DNA of 26,859 nucleotides from Bacteriovoracaceae bacterium (lineage in GTDB: Bacteria; Bdellovibrionota; Bacteriovoracia; Bacteriovoracales; Bacteriovoracaceae), in NCBI GenBank assembly GCA_049599895.1, contig JBMYPC010000030.1, forward strand, positions 1 to 26,859, read 5' to 3'. The notes below the pieces were generated by a model. The model was not told the origin of the DNA. It worked only from the letters and a program-made list of their open reading frames with translations, and made no database searches. Below, in pieces: positions 18,940-26,859 of the stretch; position 1 is the stretch's first letter; each line of letters begins with the position of its first letter. A program made the translations under genes and the position numbers.

Positions 18940-20781
18940 TTAGAGCTCTGTCGCTTTTGGGATCGTTATGACAAAGCGCGTTCCCTTGCCAATTTCACTT
19001 TCAACATTTACTTCACCATCATGGGCCAAAATGATGTGTTTAACGATAGAAAGCCCCAGGCCGGAACCACCCATTTCACGAGATCTTGCTTTATCAACAG
19101 AATAAAATCTTTCAAAGAGGCGAGGAAGATGTTCTTCGCCAATGCCGGAACCTTGGTCTTTGATACTGATAATGATGTCTTGTGCAGTTTGTTTGATCTC
19201 CACTGAAACGGAGGTTTTAATGGGACTATATTTAATGGCATTATCAATAAGGTTGCTAATGGCCTGTTCAAGGAGGTGAGCATTGACCTTCGTAACGAAT
19301 TCCGAGCTGTCTTTTGGATCAAAAACAATGCGAATATTTTTTCGTGAGGCCTTGATCTCATTGATTTGAATTGAGTTTGTGATCACTGGGACAACGTCTT
19401 GAACTTCAAAAGAAAGAGAAGTGTTTTCACTATCTTTTTCAAATTGTGAGAGGGCCAAAAGATCTTCAATAATTTGTCTTAAGCGATCGGTGTTCTTTTT
19501 GATGATACCTAGAAACTTTCTTTGCATTTCCGGATCAACGTTATCACTATCATCGATCAAAGTTTCCATAAAGCCTTGAATCGCCGTAAGAGGTGTTCTG
19601 AGCTCATGAGAAACGTTAGCAACAAAGTCTTTTCGATGGCTTTCAAGTTCTCGGATTTTAGTAATATCGTTGAAAACAAAAAGAACCCCAAGTTTTGGTT
19701 TTATAGGAGTGGAGAGAAGAGTCCCGTGTGCCTGAAGAACACGACCATTTTCAAGATAGATGATTTCTTCAATGATTTCATTTCGATCAAGAATCTTTTT
19801 ATAGAGCTCAATGACTCGATCGTTTTGAAAAACATCGTCAACATTTCGTCCTTTGAGGTTCTGAGTTTGATTGACTTCAAAGAGTCGACAAGCGGCTTGG
19901 TTCCAGTGAAAGATTTTCCCCTTAAGATCAATTGAAATAACCCCTTCAACCATTGAAGAGAAAACTGATTCTCTTTCTTCTTTTTGGCTTTGGATTTTCT
20001 TAAATTGCTTTTTAATCTTCTTACTCATTTTATAAAGAGCTTGAGTGAGAGAGATGATTTCAACTGAAGGAGATAGGCCTTTGAGATCAAGATCAAAAAG
20101 ATCTCCTTCATTGATATTCTGCGCATGATTGGTCATATGTTCAATTGGGCGACTGATCTTTTGAGAGATGACCCAAGTGACAAAAGTAAGAACAAAAAGA
20201 AGAATGACAACAAACCAGAGGACCTGAACATAATACTCATTGAGCTTATTCTGAAGAGAAACCGTTGGAACTGAACTTCTAAGATAGGCAACGATCTTTT
20301 GGTTTGAATCTTTAATCGACTCGGCGACGTAGAGAAGCTCTTCATTTAAGGTTCGACTAACTCGAGTTTTTTGACCATAATTATAGTTCTTAGCATCCTG
20401 AATCTCTGGACGTTCGAGATGATTATCCATGAGAAAGCTTTCTTTATGAGTGTCAAAAAGAACTTGTCCTTTTGGATTAATGACAGTGACTCTACCGCTT
20501 ACGATATGACCCGTCTTAATACTGAGCTGTTTTAACTCATAGATGTCATTAGCAATAATCGCTTTTTTTAGATCCTCTCGGTAAGCAGTGTTGGCTTCAC
20601 GAAGTCTTTTGATGGTTTGTTCAAAGAAGAAGTTTTTAAAAGTGTAATGAGAAATTGCAAGGATCGTACAGACCCCAATCAGGGACATTCCAAGCATGGA
20701 AGGGAAAAGTTGGTAAAAGAGCCGTTTCTTTCTCGGCTTATTCTTCTTTAAATCGATAACCAACACCTCTAACTGTTTCAA
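18940..20781 (-). CDS. phoR: PhoR-like sensor histidine kinase (2 TM, HAMP, PAS, HisKA, HATPase)
   Basis: Motifs MDNHLERPEI, DFVANVSHELRTPLT, NLIDNAIKYS, LFERFY and GGSGLGLSIVKH. Start uncertain; overlaps the regulator gene. Confidence 0.85.
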   Translation of the reverse strand: MKQLEVLVIDLKKNKPRKKRLFYQLFPSMLGMSLIGVCTILAISHYTFKNFFFEQTIKRLREANTAYREDLKKAIIANDIYELKQLSIKTGHIVSGRVTVINPKGQVLFDTHKESFLMDNHLERPEIQDAKNYNYGQKTRVSRTLNEELLYVAESIKDSNQKIVAYLRSSVPTVSLQNKLNEYYVQVLWFVVILLFVLTFVTWVISQKISRPIEHMTNHAQNINEGDLFDLDLKGLSPSVEIISLTQALYKMSKKIKKQFKKIQSQKEERESVFSSMVEGVISIDLKGKIFHWNQAACRLFEVNQTQNLKGRNVDDVFQNDRVIELYKKILDRNEIIEEIIYLENGRVLQAHGTLLSTPIKPKLGVLFVFNDITKIRELESHRKDFVANVSHELRTPLTAIQGFMETLIDDSDNVDPEMQRKFLGIIKKNTDRLRQIIEDLLALSQFEKDSENTSLSFEVQDVVPVITNSIQINEIKASRKNIRIVFDPKDSSEFVTKVNAHLLEQAISNLIDNAIKYSPIKTSVSVEIKQTAQDIIISIKDQGSGIGEEHLPRLFERFYSVDKARSREMGGSGLGLSIVKHIILAHDGEVNVESEIGKGTRFVITIPKATEL

Positions 20782-21424
20782 TCAGGGCATCTTTACCAGC
20801 AAGCTTTTTACGAAGACCAACAATTTGAACATCAACACTTCGGTCTGTTATGGCATGGTTTGTTCCTCTTACCGAGTCAACAATTTGCGATCGTGTGAAG
20901 ACTTGTCCTGCTTTGTTTGCAAGAAGATAAAGGATTTGAAATTCTGTATAGGTAAGATTGAGTTCGACATCATCAATCATGACTTTTCTTTTACTTGGAT
21001 CAATTTTGATTCCAAATTTTTCAATACTTTGTTCAGAGCTATCTTTATCAGAAGTTCTTCGAAGGACCGTTTTGATTCTTGCCACTAAGATCTTTGGACT
21101 AAAAGGTTTGGTGATATAATCATCCGCTCCGCTTTCAAGTCCTTTGATAATGTCATCCTCTCCACCTTTTGCTGTAAGCATGATGACGGGAATTGTTTTG
21201 GTGTTATTGTCTTCTTTGAGAAGTTTACAGACATTTACCCCATCAAGTTTTGGCAACATTAGATCTAGCAAGATAAGATCAGGTTTTTGAGATTTAGCGA
21301 GATTTAAAGCTTCTTCTCCATCGGCACAAGTGACGACTTCAAATTTCTCTTTAAAAAGATTGAAATGAATCAGCTCTCTGATATCTTCTTCATCTTCAAC
21401 AACTAGGATTTTATTGGTATTCAT
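20738..21424 (-). CDS. phoB: OmpR/PhoB family response regulator
   Basis: Motifs VVEDE, LLDLMLP, MLTAKG, DDYITKPFS and the winged-helix IETVRGVGYRF; paired with the PhoR-like kinase. Confidence 0.85.
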   Translation of the reverse strand: MNTNKILVVEDEEDIRELIHFNLFKEKFEVVTCADGEEALNLAKSQKPDLILLDLMLPKLDGVNVCKLLKEDNNTKTIPVIMLTAKGGEDDIIKGLESGADDYITKPFSPKILVARIKTVLRRTSDKDSSEQSIEKFGIKIDPSKRKVMIDDVELNLTYTEFQILYLLANKAGQVFTRSQIVDSVRGTNHAITDRSVDVQIVGLRKKLAGKDALIETVRGVGYRFKEE

Positions 21425-21543
21425 GGCAGGGGCTCCGGATGTATCAAGCGATGCTGTGAACATGCAGGCAGTCTCTTTTGTAAAAGGTTAAAAAGGTTTA
21501 CATGACCTTATTTTTTAAGTTTTCAAGAAGCGACTTTTTGGCA

Positions 21544-21600
21544 CCGGGCGCTAACGCTTCCTCGTTGCCTGCGGCGCCTGAAAACTAAATCGTTTTCAGT
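21544..21600. repeat. Dispersed intergenic repeat type 1, copy C
   Basis: ccgggcgctaacgcttcctcgttgcctgcggcgcctgaaaactaaatcgttttcagt; 52/57 identical to 23540-23596. Confidence 0.95.
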
Positions 21601-21730
21601 TCCGTTTACCTAATATTCATTCCCGTGACAAGCTCTAAAAAGATGATCTCATGTGTCGAAGAGTGTCATTTTCAGTAATTATAGCTTAATATGGAGACAT
21701 TGAATTTGTTAAAAAAGTGTTAGCCGTTTT

Positions 21731-22717
21731 ATGAAGATTGTTTTTCGACATCCGTGCTCATTACCAGTCAGTGCCTATGGAGGAACTGAGAGGTTTTTAT
21801 TTTGGCTCATGAAAGGGCTTTCCGAGCTTGGACAAGAAGTTCTTTTTATCGGTCATGGGTCTTCAAGTTTAGGGCAATATGGAATTAAATTTCTTGATGA
21901 AAAATCTGTGGTTGATTGGAGAGAGCTGATTCCAAAAGATACGGACATTGTTCATCTTTCTTATCGCTCAGATGAGATAACTGACTTTCCTGTTCTTACC
22001 ACTGTTCATGGTAATGGTCAGCCAGGAGAAGTCTTTCATAAAAATACAGTTTTTGTTTCAAAATCTCACGCACATTCTCATGGTGCCAAGGCCTTTATTC
22101 ACAATGCACTTGATCCTAGTGAATACCCTGAAAGTTTTTATATTGAAAAAATAAGAACCCTTGAGGACATTAAGACTTTTCTTTTTTTGGCCAAGGCCAG
22201 TTGGAGAGTGAAAAACCTTAAAGGGGCAATGAAGATCGTCAAAAAAACTGGACGCCATCTTAATCTCATTGGAGGGAAAACTTTCTTACCAAGATCTTGG
22301 GTTACTTCCTATGGGTTTAAAGGGGGAGAAGAAAAGCTTCGGATTATAGGTCAATCAGATGCGCTTCTTTTTCCAGTGAAATGGAATGAACCATTTGGTA
22401 TTGCTATTATTGAAGCAATGCTTTTAGGGCTTCCAGTGTTTGGTTCAAAGTTTGGAAGTCTTAATGAACTCATTCATGAAGGTGTGGGAAAGACTTTTCA
22501 AAATAAAACTGAATGTATTGATTACTTTTTAGGTGGGGGGAGTAACTCTTACGATTCCAAGGCCATAAGACAATATGTTCTTGATAACTTTCATTATAAA
22601 GACCAGGCAAAAAAATATTTTGAAAGCTATGAGAAGGTTCTTTCTGGAGAGCTTCTTAACGATTCACATCCAGAGAGGGATCTTAATGTGAACCCAGTTG
22701 GTCTTTATGATTTCTAA
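21731..22717 (+). CDS. Glycosyltransferase family 4
   Basis: Motifs YGGTER, TVHGN, FVSKS and EPFGIAIIEAM (EX7E). Confidence 0.9.
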   Translation: MKIVFRHPCSLPVSAYGGTERFLFWLMKGLSELGQEVLFIGHGSSSLGQYGIKFLDEKSVVDWRELIPKDTDIVHLSYRSDEITDFPVLTTVHGNGQPGEVFHKNTVFVSKSHAHSHGAKAFIHNALDPSEYPESFYIEKIRTLEDIKTFLFLAKASWRVKNLKGAMKIVKKTGRHLNLIGGKTFLPRSWVTSYGFKGGEEKLRIIGQSDALLFPVKWNEPFGIAIIEAMLLGLPVFGSKFGSLNELIHEGVGKTFQNKTECIDYFLGGGSNSYDSKAIRQYVLDNFHYKDQAKKYFESYEKVLSGELLNDSHPERDLNVNPVGLYDF

Positions 22718-23478
22718 TCGATGAAGCGGTTTTTCTCGATTTCATAGATCTTCATATACTTTAAAAAAGCACTTAAAGAATTGATCGTACAAATGACGAG
22801 ACCATAACGGCCATCAAGGAAGCCTCTTTTAAAGAAATAGTCTCTTAAAAATTTAAGTCCTGCTCTGAAAAACGGGCCAAGAAATGATGAACGCTTCCCT
22901 CGAGCGTAGGCTTCTTTAGCGGCAATGGTGGTAAAGCGATTGGTTTGATCAATATGATCACTAATTGAATCATAGCTATAATGAAGAAGGTCTCCTTTGA
23001 GCCAATGAGTGCTTTCACCTGATCTTACTTCAATAATATCGTGAGGGTTTTGTCCGGCCCATTTGGCAAAAGATTTATGAAAAAGGCGGACTTTCTTATC
23101 GGGATACCAGCCACAATGATGGATCCATCTTTCAACGTAATGAGTTTTTCGGTTAAATCCATAGGCTTTATGATCGAGAGGAGAGTTTTTTAATTGCTTA
23201 AGACTGTCTTTGAGGTCTTCACTTAACGCTTCATCAGCATCCAGTGAAAGAACCCATTCGTGATTCGTTTTTTCAATCGCGAGGTTTTTTTGTTGAACAT
23301 GTCCTAGAAACTTTTGTTCAAAAATAACGGCGCCTTGATCTTTGGCGATCTCTTGAGTCTTGTCTGTTGAATGAGAATCGACAACAATAATTTCATCAAC
23401 AATGCCTTTTAACGACTCAATACAACGTTTGATTTTGTCTTCTTCGTTAAATGTGATGATAGCCGCTGAGATTTTCAT
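22714..23478 (-). CDS. Glycosyltransferase family 2, WaaE/KdtX-like (LPS core)
   Basis: Motifs IITFNEE, VVDSHSTD, WVLSLDADE, GWYPD and GFLDG. Confidence 0.9.
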   Translation of the reverse strand: MKISAAIITFNEEDKIKRCIESLKGIVDEIIVVDSHSTDKTQEIAKDQGAVIFEQKFLGHVQQKNLAIEKTNHEWVLSLDADEALSEDLKDSLKQLKNSPLDHKAYGFNRKTHYVERWIHHCGWYPDKKVRLFHKSFAKWAGQNPHDIIEVRSGESTHWLKGDLLHYSYDSISDHIDQTNRFTTIAAKEAYARGKRSSFLGPFFRAGLKFLRDYFFKRGFLDGRYGLVICTINSLSAFLKYMKIYEIEKNRFID

Positions 23479-23539
23479 AGTTGTTTGTTAAGTATATAAT
23501 CTTTCTGGTTTAAGTTTCAAGTGATCAACTTTGTAAAGA

Positions 23540-23596
23540 CCGGGCGCTGACGCTTCCTGATTACCTGCGGTGCCTGAAAACTAAATCGTTTTCAGT
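23540..23596. repeat. Dispersed intergenic repeat type 1, copy D
   Basis: ccgggcgctgacgcttcctgattacctgcggtgcctgaaaactaaatcgttttcagt, 14 bp beyond the PCuAC stop codon. Confidence 0.95.
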
Positions 23597-23610
23597 ATAC
23601 CTCAGGTTTT

Positions 23611-24027
23611 TTATCTCTTTGGAAGCTCAAAACTAAAGCTTTCAGACTCAGATTGAAGTGTGATCTTACACGTCTTTTGAGATTTAAATGTCTCATTCAA
23701 ACCAATCAGCATAATGTGCTTTCCCCCCGGTTTGAGATCAAGTCGTCCTTTGGCCATAATGAGATAGTGTTTAACTTTTCTCATTTGCATGACTCCCTCT
23801 GATTCCCTGGTTTCATGAAGTTCAACAGTTTTTGAGCAATTCGAGCTTCCGGAAAGAATTTTTATTTTCGACATCCCATTATTTTTAAGGGTCCCGTAGG
23901 CTGCACTCATGGGCGCTGTTGGTGGGATATTTCTGACTCGGCCATTAAGAAGCTCAAGCTTTGTTGTTTCGGCGAGAGTTGGCAGTGAAAAAAATGAAAG
24001 AGTGATGAGTAAAAATATTTTCTTCAT
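23611..24027 (-). CDS. Periplasmic copper chaperone PCu(A)C
   Basis: Signal peptide; SAAY; VELHET...GVMQM...LKPGGKHIML copper-binding motif. Confidence 0.92.
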   Translation of the reverse strand: MKKIFLLITLSFFSLPTLAETTKLELLNGRVRNIPPTAPMSAAYGTLKNNGMSKIKILSGSSNCSKTVELHETRESEGVMQMRKVKHYLIMAKGRLDLKPGGKHIMLIGLNETFKSQKTCKITLQSESESFSFELPKR

Positions 24028-24039
24028 AGAAAATTCCTT

Positions 24040-24627
24040 TTAAAGGTGTCTTTCGATAAGGGCCTTGACTTCTTTTTCTTCTAAAGAGTCATCGATGGTG
24101 GCGACAATTTTAGTATTTTTTATTAGATAAGCTTTACTTGTGTGATCAACAGTATACTTGAGTTCTGAATCTTCAAGTGGGGTGAACTCATAATAAGCGC
24201 CATAGCTTTTTACAATCTTGTCGATTTCATCTTGGCTTCCGGTAAGGCCAATGAATTGAGAGTTAAAGTAGGTGACATAGTCGTGAACAGTCTTTGGTGT
24301 ATCTCGTTTCCAGTCGACGCTTACAAAAAGAAGTTGAAGATTCTTTTGTTGCTTAGGAGTTAATTTTTGAAAGAGGTTTTGAAACCTTGATAAGGTGAGG
24401 GGACAAACATCCGGACAAAAAGTGAAGCCAAAGAAAAGGACAACGGTTTTATCGTGAAAGTTCTTTAAACGAACTTTGCCTTTCGTTGAGGTCAGTTCAA
24501 AGTCTCCCCCAAGATGAGAGTACTTTGATTGAATCTTAGGAGCTGTTGTTTGGTTTTTAATTCTTGAAATTCCAATTCCAAGAACAGCAGAGAGACAAAG
24601 AACAAAGAGAAAAGTTTTCGTATTCAT
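24040..24627 (-). CDS. SCO1/SenC family copper-binding protein
   Basis: FGFTFCPDVCP (CxxxC), VSVDWKRDT and the DHT His ligand. Confidence 0.95.
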   Translation of the reverse strand: MNTKTFLFVLCLSAVLGIGISRIKNQTTAPKIQSKYSHLGGDFELTSTKGKVRLKNFHDKTVVLFFGFTFCPDVCPLTLSRFQNLFQKLTPKQQKNLQLLFVSVDWKRDTPKTVHDYVTYFNSQFIGLTGSQDEIDKIVKSYGAYYEFTPLEDSELKYTVDHTSKAYLIKNTKIVATIDDSLEEKEVKALIERHL

Positions 24628-24629
24628 AT

Positions 24630-25085
24630 CTAGTTTATAACCTCAAAGTTTTTAATAAATTTAAGTTTCTGTGATTCTGTTTCCACTAAGAGGATGAGCT
24701 TCCACTCCATTTTCTTAAGTGTGCAAAAGGGAAGAATGCCAGAGACTTTCCATAAAGAGTCTGTTGATTTTGAAAAGTTTAAAGTTTCATTAAGCTCCAT
24801 TCCAATGCCTATGAATTGGGCCTCAATGGAAAGGGCCTTGAGGTTTTCTTCAAGAAGCACCTCAAGTTGAAATGGAGACTTGTTTGAAAGGGCAGAGGAT
24901 TTAAGAGTTATTAAGGAGTCTTTCCCTCTCGAAGGGCCAAGCTTACATTTTGCGGTTGCTGGTAATGGGCATTGATCGGTTCCGAGAATAACGGTTTCTT
25001 TTCCAAGATCAAACCTTGAAGCAATAAAAGCAGACAGAGCTACTGTCAGGGCAATGGCGGTAATCTGAAGAAAAGTTTTCATCAA
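24630..25085 (-). CDS. Membrane-anchored hypothetical protein co-operonic with SCO
   Basis: N-terminal TM helix; CPLPATAKC, GIGM and LPFC...MEW; only 2 bp from the SCO start. Confidence 0.75.
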   Translation of the reverse strand: MMKTFLQITAIALTVALSAFIASRFDLGKETVILGTDQCPLPATAKCKLGPSRGKDSLITLKSSALSNKSPFQLEVLLEENLKALSIEAQFIGIGMELNETLNFSKSTDSLWKVSGILPFCTLKKMEWKLILLVETESQKLKFIKNFEVIN

Positions 25086-25252
25086 TTGGAAATTATCAAT
25101 TTTCCTGGAATTTGGCTATATAAGCTATTGAAACTTCGTCTGTATAACTGTTTAAAAATAAGGCATATTGATAAATTTTCAATTCGCTGTAGTTGGATAG
25201 GAATTGGTGCTATGTTGCTCTGCGTGTAAAACATTATCAAGTGGAGAAATCA

Positions 25253-25936
25253 ATGAAACTTTCTTTAGTCGCTACTGGTGTTGCCCTCTTATTATCTGTT
25301 CAAGCTTTTGCTGGTAATCATCGTGGAGGTTACAGACCTGATCCTAGAGATAAGAGTAAGTTTTATGGAAAGAACCTCGAGAAAAACTTTTCAGACCTTT
25401 ATTCAAAAGATGAGAACTGTCATATTTCAAATATCTGGAGTATGAACTGGATTGCTCTTTCAACAATGTTTACAAAAGATCAAATTAAGGCCCACGACAA
25501 GGCCCATCCCAATGCAAAAATCTTAACGCCAAAAAGAATGAAAGATTTTGCCAATGATGTCGCAGATGACCTTTCAAGTTTACCAAAAAGGTTCTCAATG
25601 GATTACGAAGTTGATGAAAGCCTTAGTGCAACTTGTTCGACTAAAAAAGAAGAAGGAAAGTCCCAGCTCACTGAAGATAACTTCAAGTATTCTTACGCTG
25701 TCCTTAAAATTCAACGTGACCTTATCGATGCCTATAAAAAGCTCAAAAAAGAAAAGAAAAGGCCATATGCTAAAGGTGTTATCTTCAGACACTTAAGCGC
25801 GACTGGTTCATCAATCGGAAACTATAATAATTCATGTCTTTATTCTGATCAAAAGCTGATTATCGAACTTGACCTTGGGAACTATGATAATAATTTTGAT
25901 TATCAAAATGCTTATGAGTGTTTGCAGGGGCTATAA
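25253..25936 (+). CDS. Secreted hypothetical protein
   Basis: GGAGA RBS; signal peptide MKLSLVATGVALLLSVQAFA; four Cys residues. Confidence 0.75.
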   Translation: MKLSLVATGVALLLSVQAFAGNHRGGYRPDPRDKSKFYGKNLEKNFSDLYSKDENCHISNIWSMNWIALSTMFTKDQIKAHDKAHPNAKILTPKRMKDFANDVADDLSSLPKRFSMDYEVDESLSATCSTKKEEGKSQLTEDNFKYSYAVLKIQRDLIDAYKKLKKEKKRPYAKGVIFRHLSATGSSIGNYNNSCLYSDQKLIIELDLGNYDNNFDYQNAYECLQGL

Positions 25937-25948
25937 GAGGTACGTACT

Positions 25949-26175
25949 TACTCTCTTCAAATAACCAAAACTTCGAATGACTAAAAGAATTTTTGGGGAT
26001 TGTTCAGGATTGTTTAATTCGCTGGCGCTCATTGCGATGATTTTCGGGCACTGACGTTTCCTCAAATCATCTATCCGCTTTCGCGTCACCGGTCCGCAGC
26101 AATGGTTGCCAGTGGCAAGCATTGATGTGTCGAGCGGACATACTCTGCTCAAAAAACCAAAACTTCGAATGACTA
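25949..26175. repeat. Repeat type 2 copy E, bracketed by 35-bp direct repeats (25949-25983, 26141-26175)
   Basis: The direct repeats are 32/35 identical. The interior holds the inverted 50-bp core (26030-26079) and an AGT-loop hairpin (26100-26124). Confidence 0.9.
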
Positions 26176-26186
26176 CGGATTAAAAG

Positions 26187-26263
26187 TGGCACAGCCGACA
26201 GGATTCGAACCTGTGACCGTCCGCTTAGAAGGCGGATGCTCTATCCAGCTGAGCTACGGCTGC
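26187..26263 (-). tRNA. tRNA-Arg(UCU)
   Basis: GCAGCCGTAGCTCAGCTGGATAGAGCATCCGCCTTCTAAGCGGACGGTCACAGGTTCGAATCCTGTCGGCTGTGCCA; 77 nt, full cloverleaf, anticodon TCT, encoded CCA. Confidence 0.97.
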
Positions 26264-26302
26264 CCGAGAAAAGATCAATTTGACCTTTAATGTAAGTACA
26301 GA

Positions 26303-26331
26303 AAATTAAAGGGGATTGCGGGTTCTGTCAA
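26303..26331 (-). promoter_or_regulatory. Candidate sigma70 promoter for tRNA-Arg
   Basis: Minus strand reads TTGACA-N17-TAATTT, about 40 bp upstream of the tRNA. Confidence 0.65.
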
Positions 26332-26421
26332 GCTTGAATTCGTGGGTATGTTAAATTGATAAACCTCTCTTTTGGGATGAAAAGCTCGTAAATGCTCGGA
26401 ATGTAGAGTATTTATAACGCT

Positions 26422-26859
26422 GTGAAAAGTTATTACCCTAAATCTCTTAGTGAACTGAAGAATATTCTTAAAGACCACACGCCAGGAATCTTTTTTGGCT
26501 CGAGGACGTCTACGGTTATTCCTGGAGAGCTGGCTTTAGAAAAGATGGCCCATATTTATCTTGGAGAACTTGAAAAGCGAATTGAAATTAAAAAAAACTC
26601 TGTTGTCATTACAGGTCCCGTAACTTGGGAGGAGCTTCATCGTGAGCTTCAGTTTGACCAGCAAGCTCTTTTTCCTTCACCTACAGATTGGACCGCCCAA
26701 GTTCTCGCGAGTCTTTCGACATCGGCTTCAGGGGAGATGAATTTTTCCAAGGGAAATCTTCGAGATAAAGTTTATCGAATCAAATATCTTGATTTTAATG
26801 GTGATGAAAAGGTTTTGAGTTCAGGCCAAAGTTTGAACATCGATCATCCTAGACTTTCT
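26422..26859 (+). CDS. FAD-binding (PCMH-type) oxidoreductase, 3'-truncated
   Basis: Translated by hand from the GTG: YYPKSLSELK...GSRTST...GPVTWEEL...ASG...GNLRDKV...DFNG. Open to the window end; absent from the ORF track. Confidence 0.75.
   Translation, partial: MKSYYPKSLSELKNILKDHTPGIFFGSRTSTVIPGELALEKMAHIYLGELEKRIEIKKNSVVITGPVTWEELHRELQFDQQALFPSPTDWTAQVLASLSTSASGEMNFSKGNLRDKVYRIKYLDFNGDEKVLSSGQSLNIDHPRLS

Noticed and set aside
21479..21505. Pho box upstream of phoB (tgtaaaagg/ttaaaaagg/tttacatga)
   Set aside because: The period is 9 bp rather than 11 bp and the sequence is low-complexity, so it cannot be supported.
21544..21600. Type 1 repeat as an HDV-like/theta ribozyme (G.U-opened P1, cgc/gcg P3, tcctcg in the loop)
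   Set aside because: The loop is 13 nt, no GG follows P1 for P1.1, there is no convincing P2 or J4/2 catalytic C, and tcctcg is not conserved in the other copies.
23540..23596. Hammerhead ribozyme (ctgacg...gaaa...tc)
   Set aside because: The core reads CUGACGC rather than CUGANGA, copy C has CUAA, and stems I and II cannot form.
25949..26175. Mini-CRISPR or prophage att sites at tRNA-Arg
   Set aside because: The 157-bp interval is far above spacer length, the repeat does not duplicate the tRNA 3' end, and no integrase is present.
26287..26478. 63-aa minus-strand ORF
   Set aside because: It overlaps the tRNA promoter and the start of the plus-strand FAD-binding gene, and has no recognisable features.

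Overview
AT-rich bacterial chromosomal segment, mostly housekeeping genes. The gene set and style suggest a Bdellovibrionota (Bacteriovorax/Halobacteriovorax-like) predator; this is an inference. Contents: kdsD, lnt, a secreted subtilase, mltG and ruvX, a rho-prfA-prmC-murA-HIT operon, several hypothetical envelope proteins, a class II glutamine amidotransferase, a YkgJ-type Cys-cluster protein, three glycosyltransferases, a phoB-phoR-like pair, a SCO/PCuAC copper-delivery module, tRNA-Arg(UCU) and a partial FAD-binding oxidoreductase. The most notable signal is non-coding. Six intergenic copies of an 18-bp core (consensus AGGAARCGTCAGYGCCCG) occur in two different hairpin-rich element types: one dispersed three times, the other present as a perfect 124-bp tandem duplication and as a copy bracketed by 35-bp direct repeats just downstream of the tRNA. 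Its stems show compensatory changes, so this looks like a modular REP/REPIN/MITE-like or structured-RNA family; no mobilising enzyme is in the window. Also found: an unlisted 43-aa ORF downstream of phoR with its own promoter-like region, and candidate sigma54 and sigma28 promoters.
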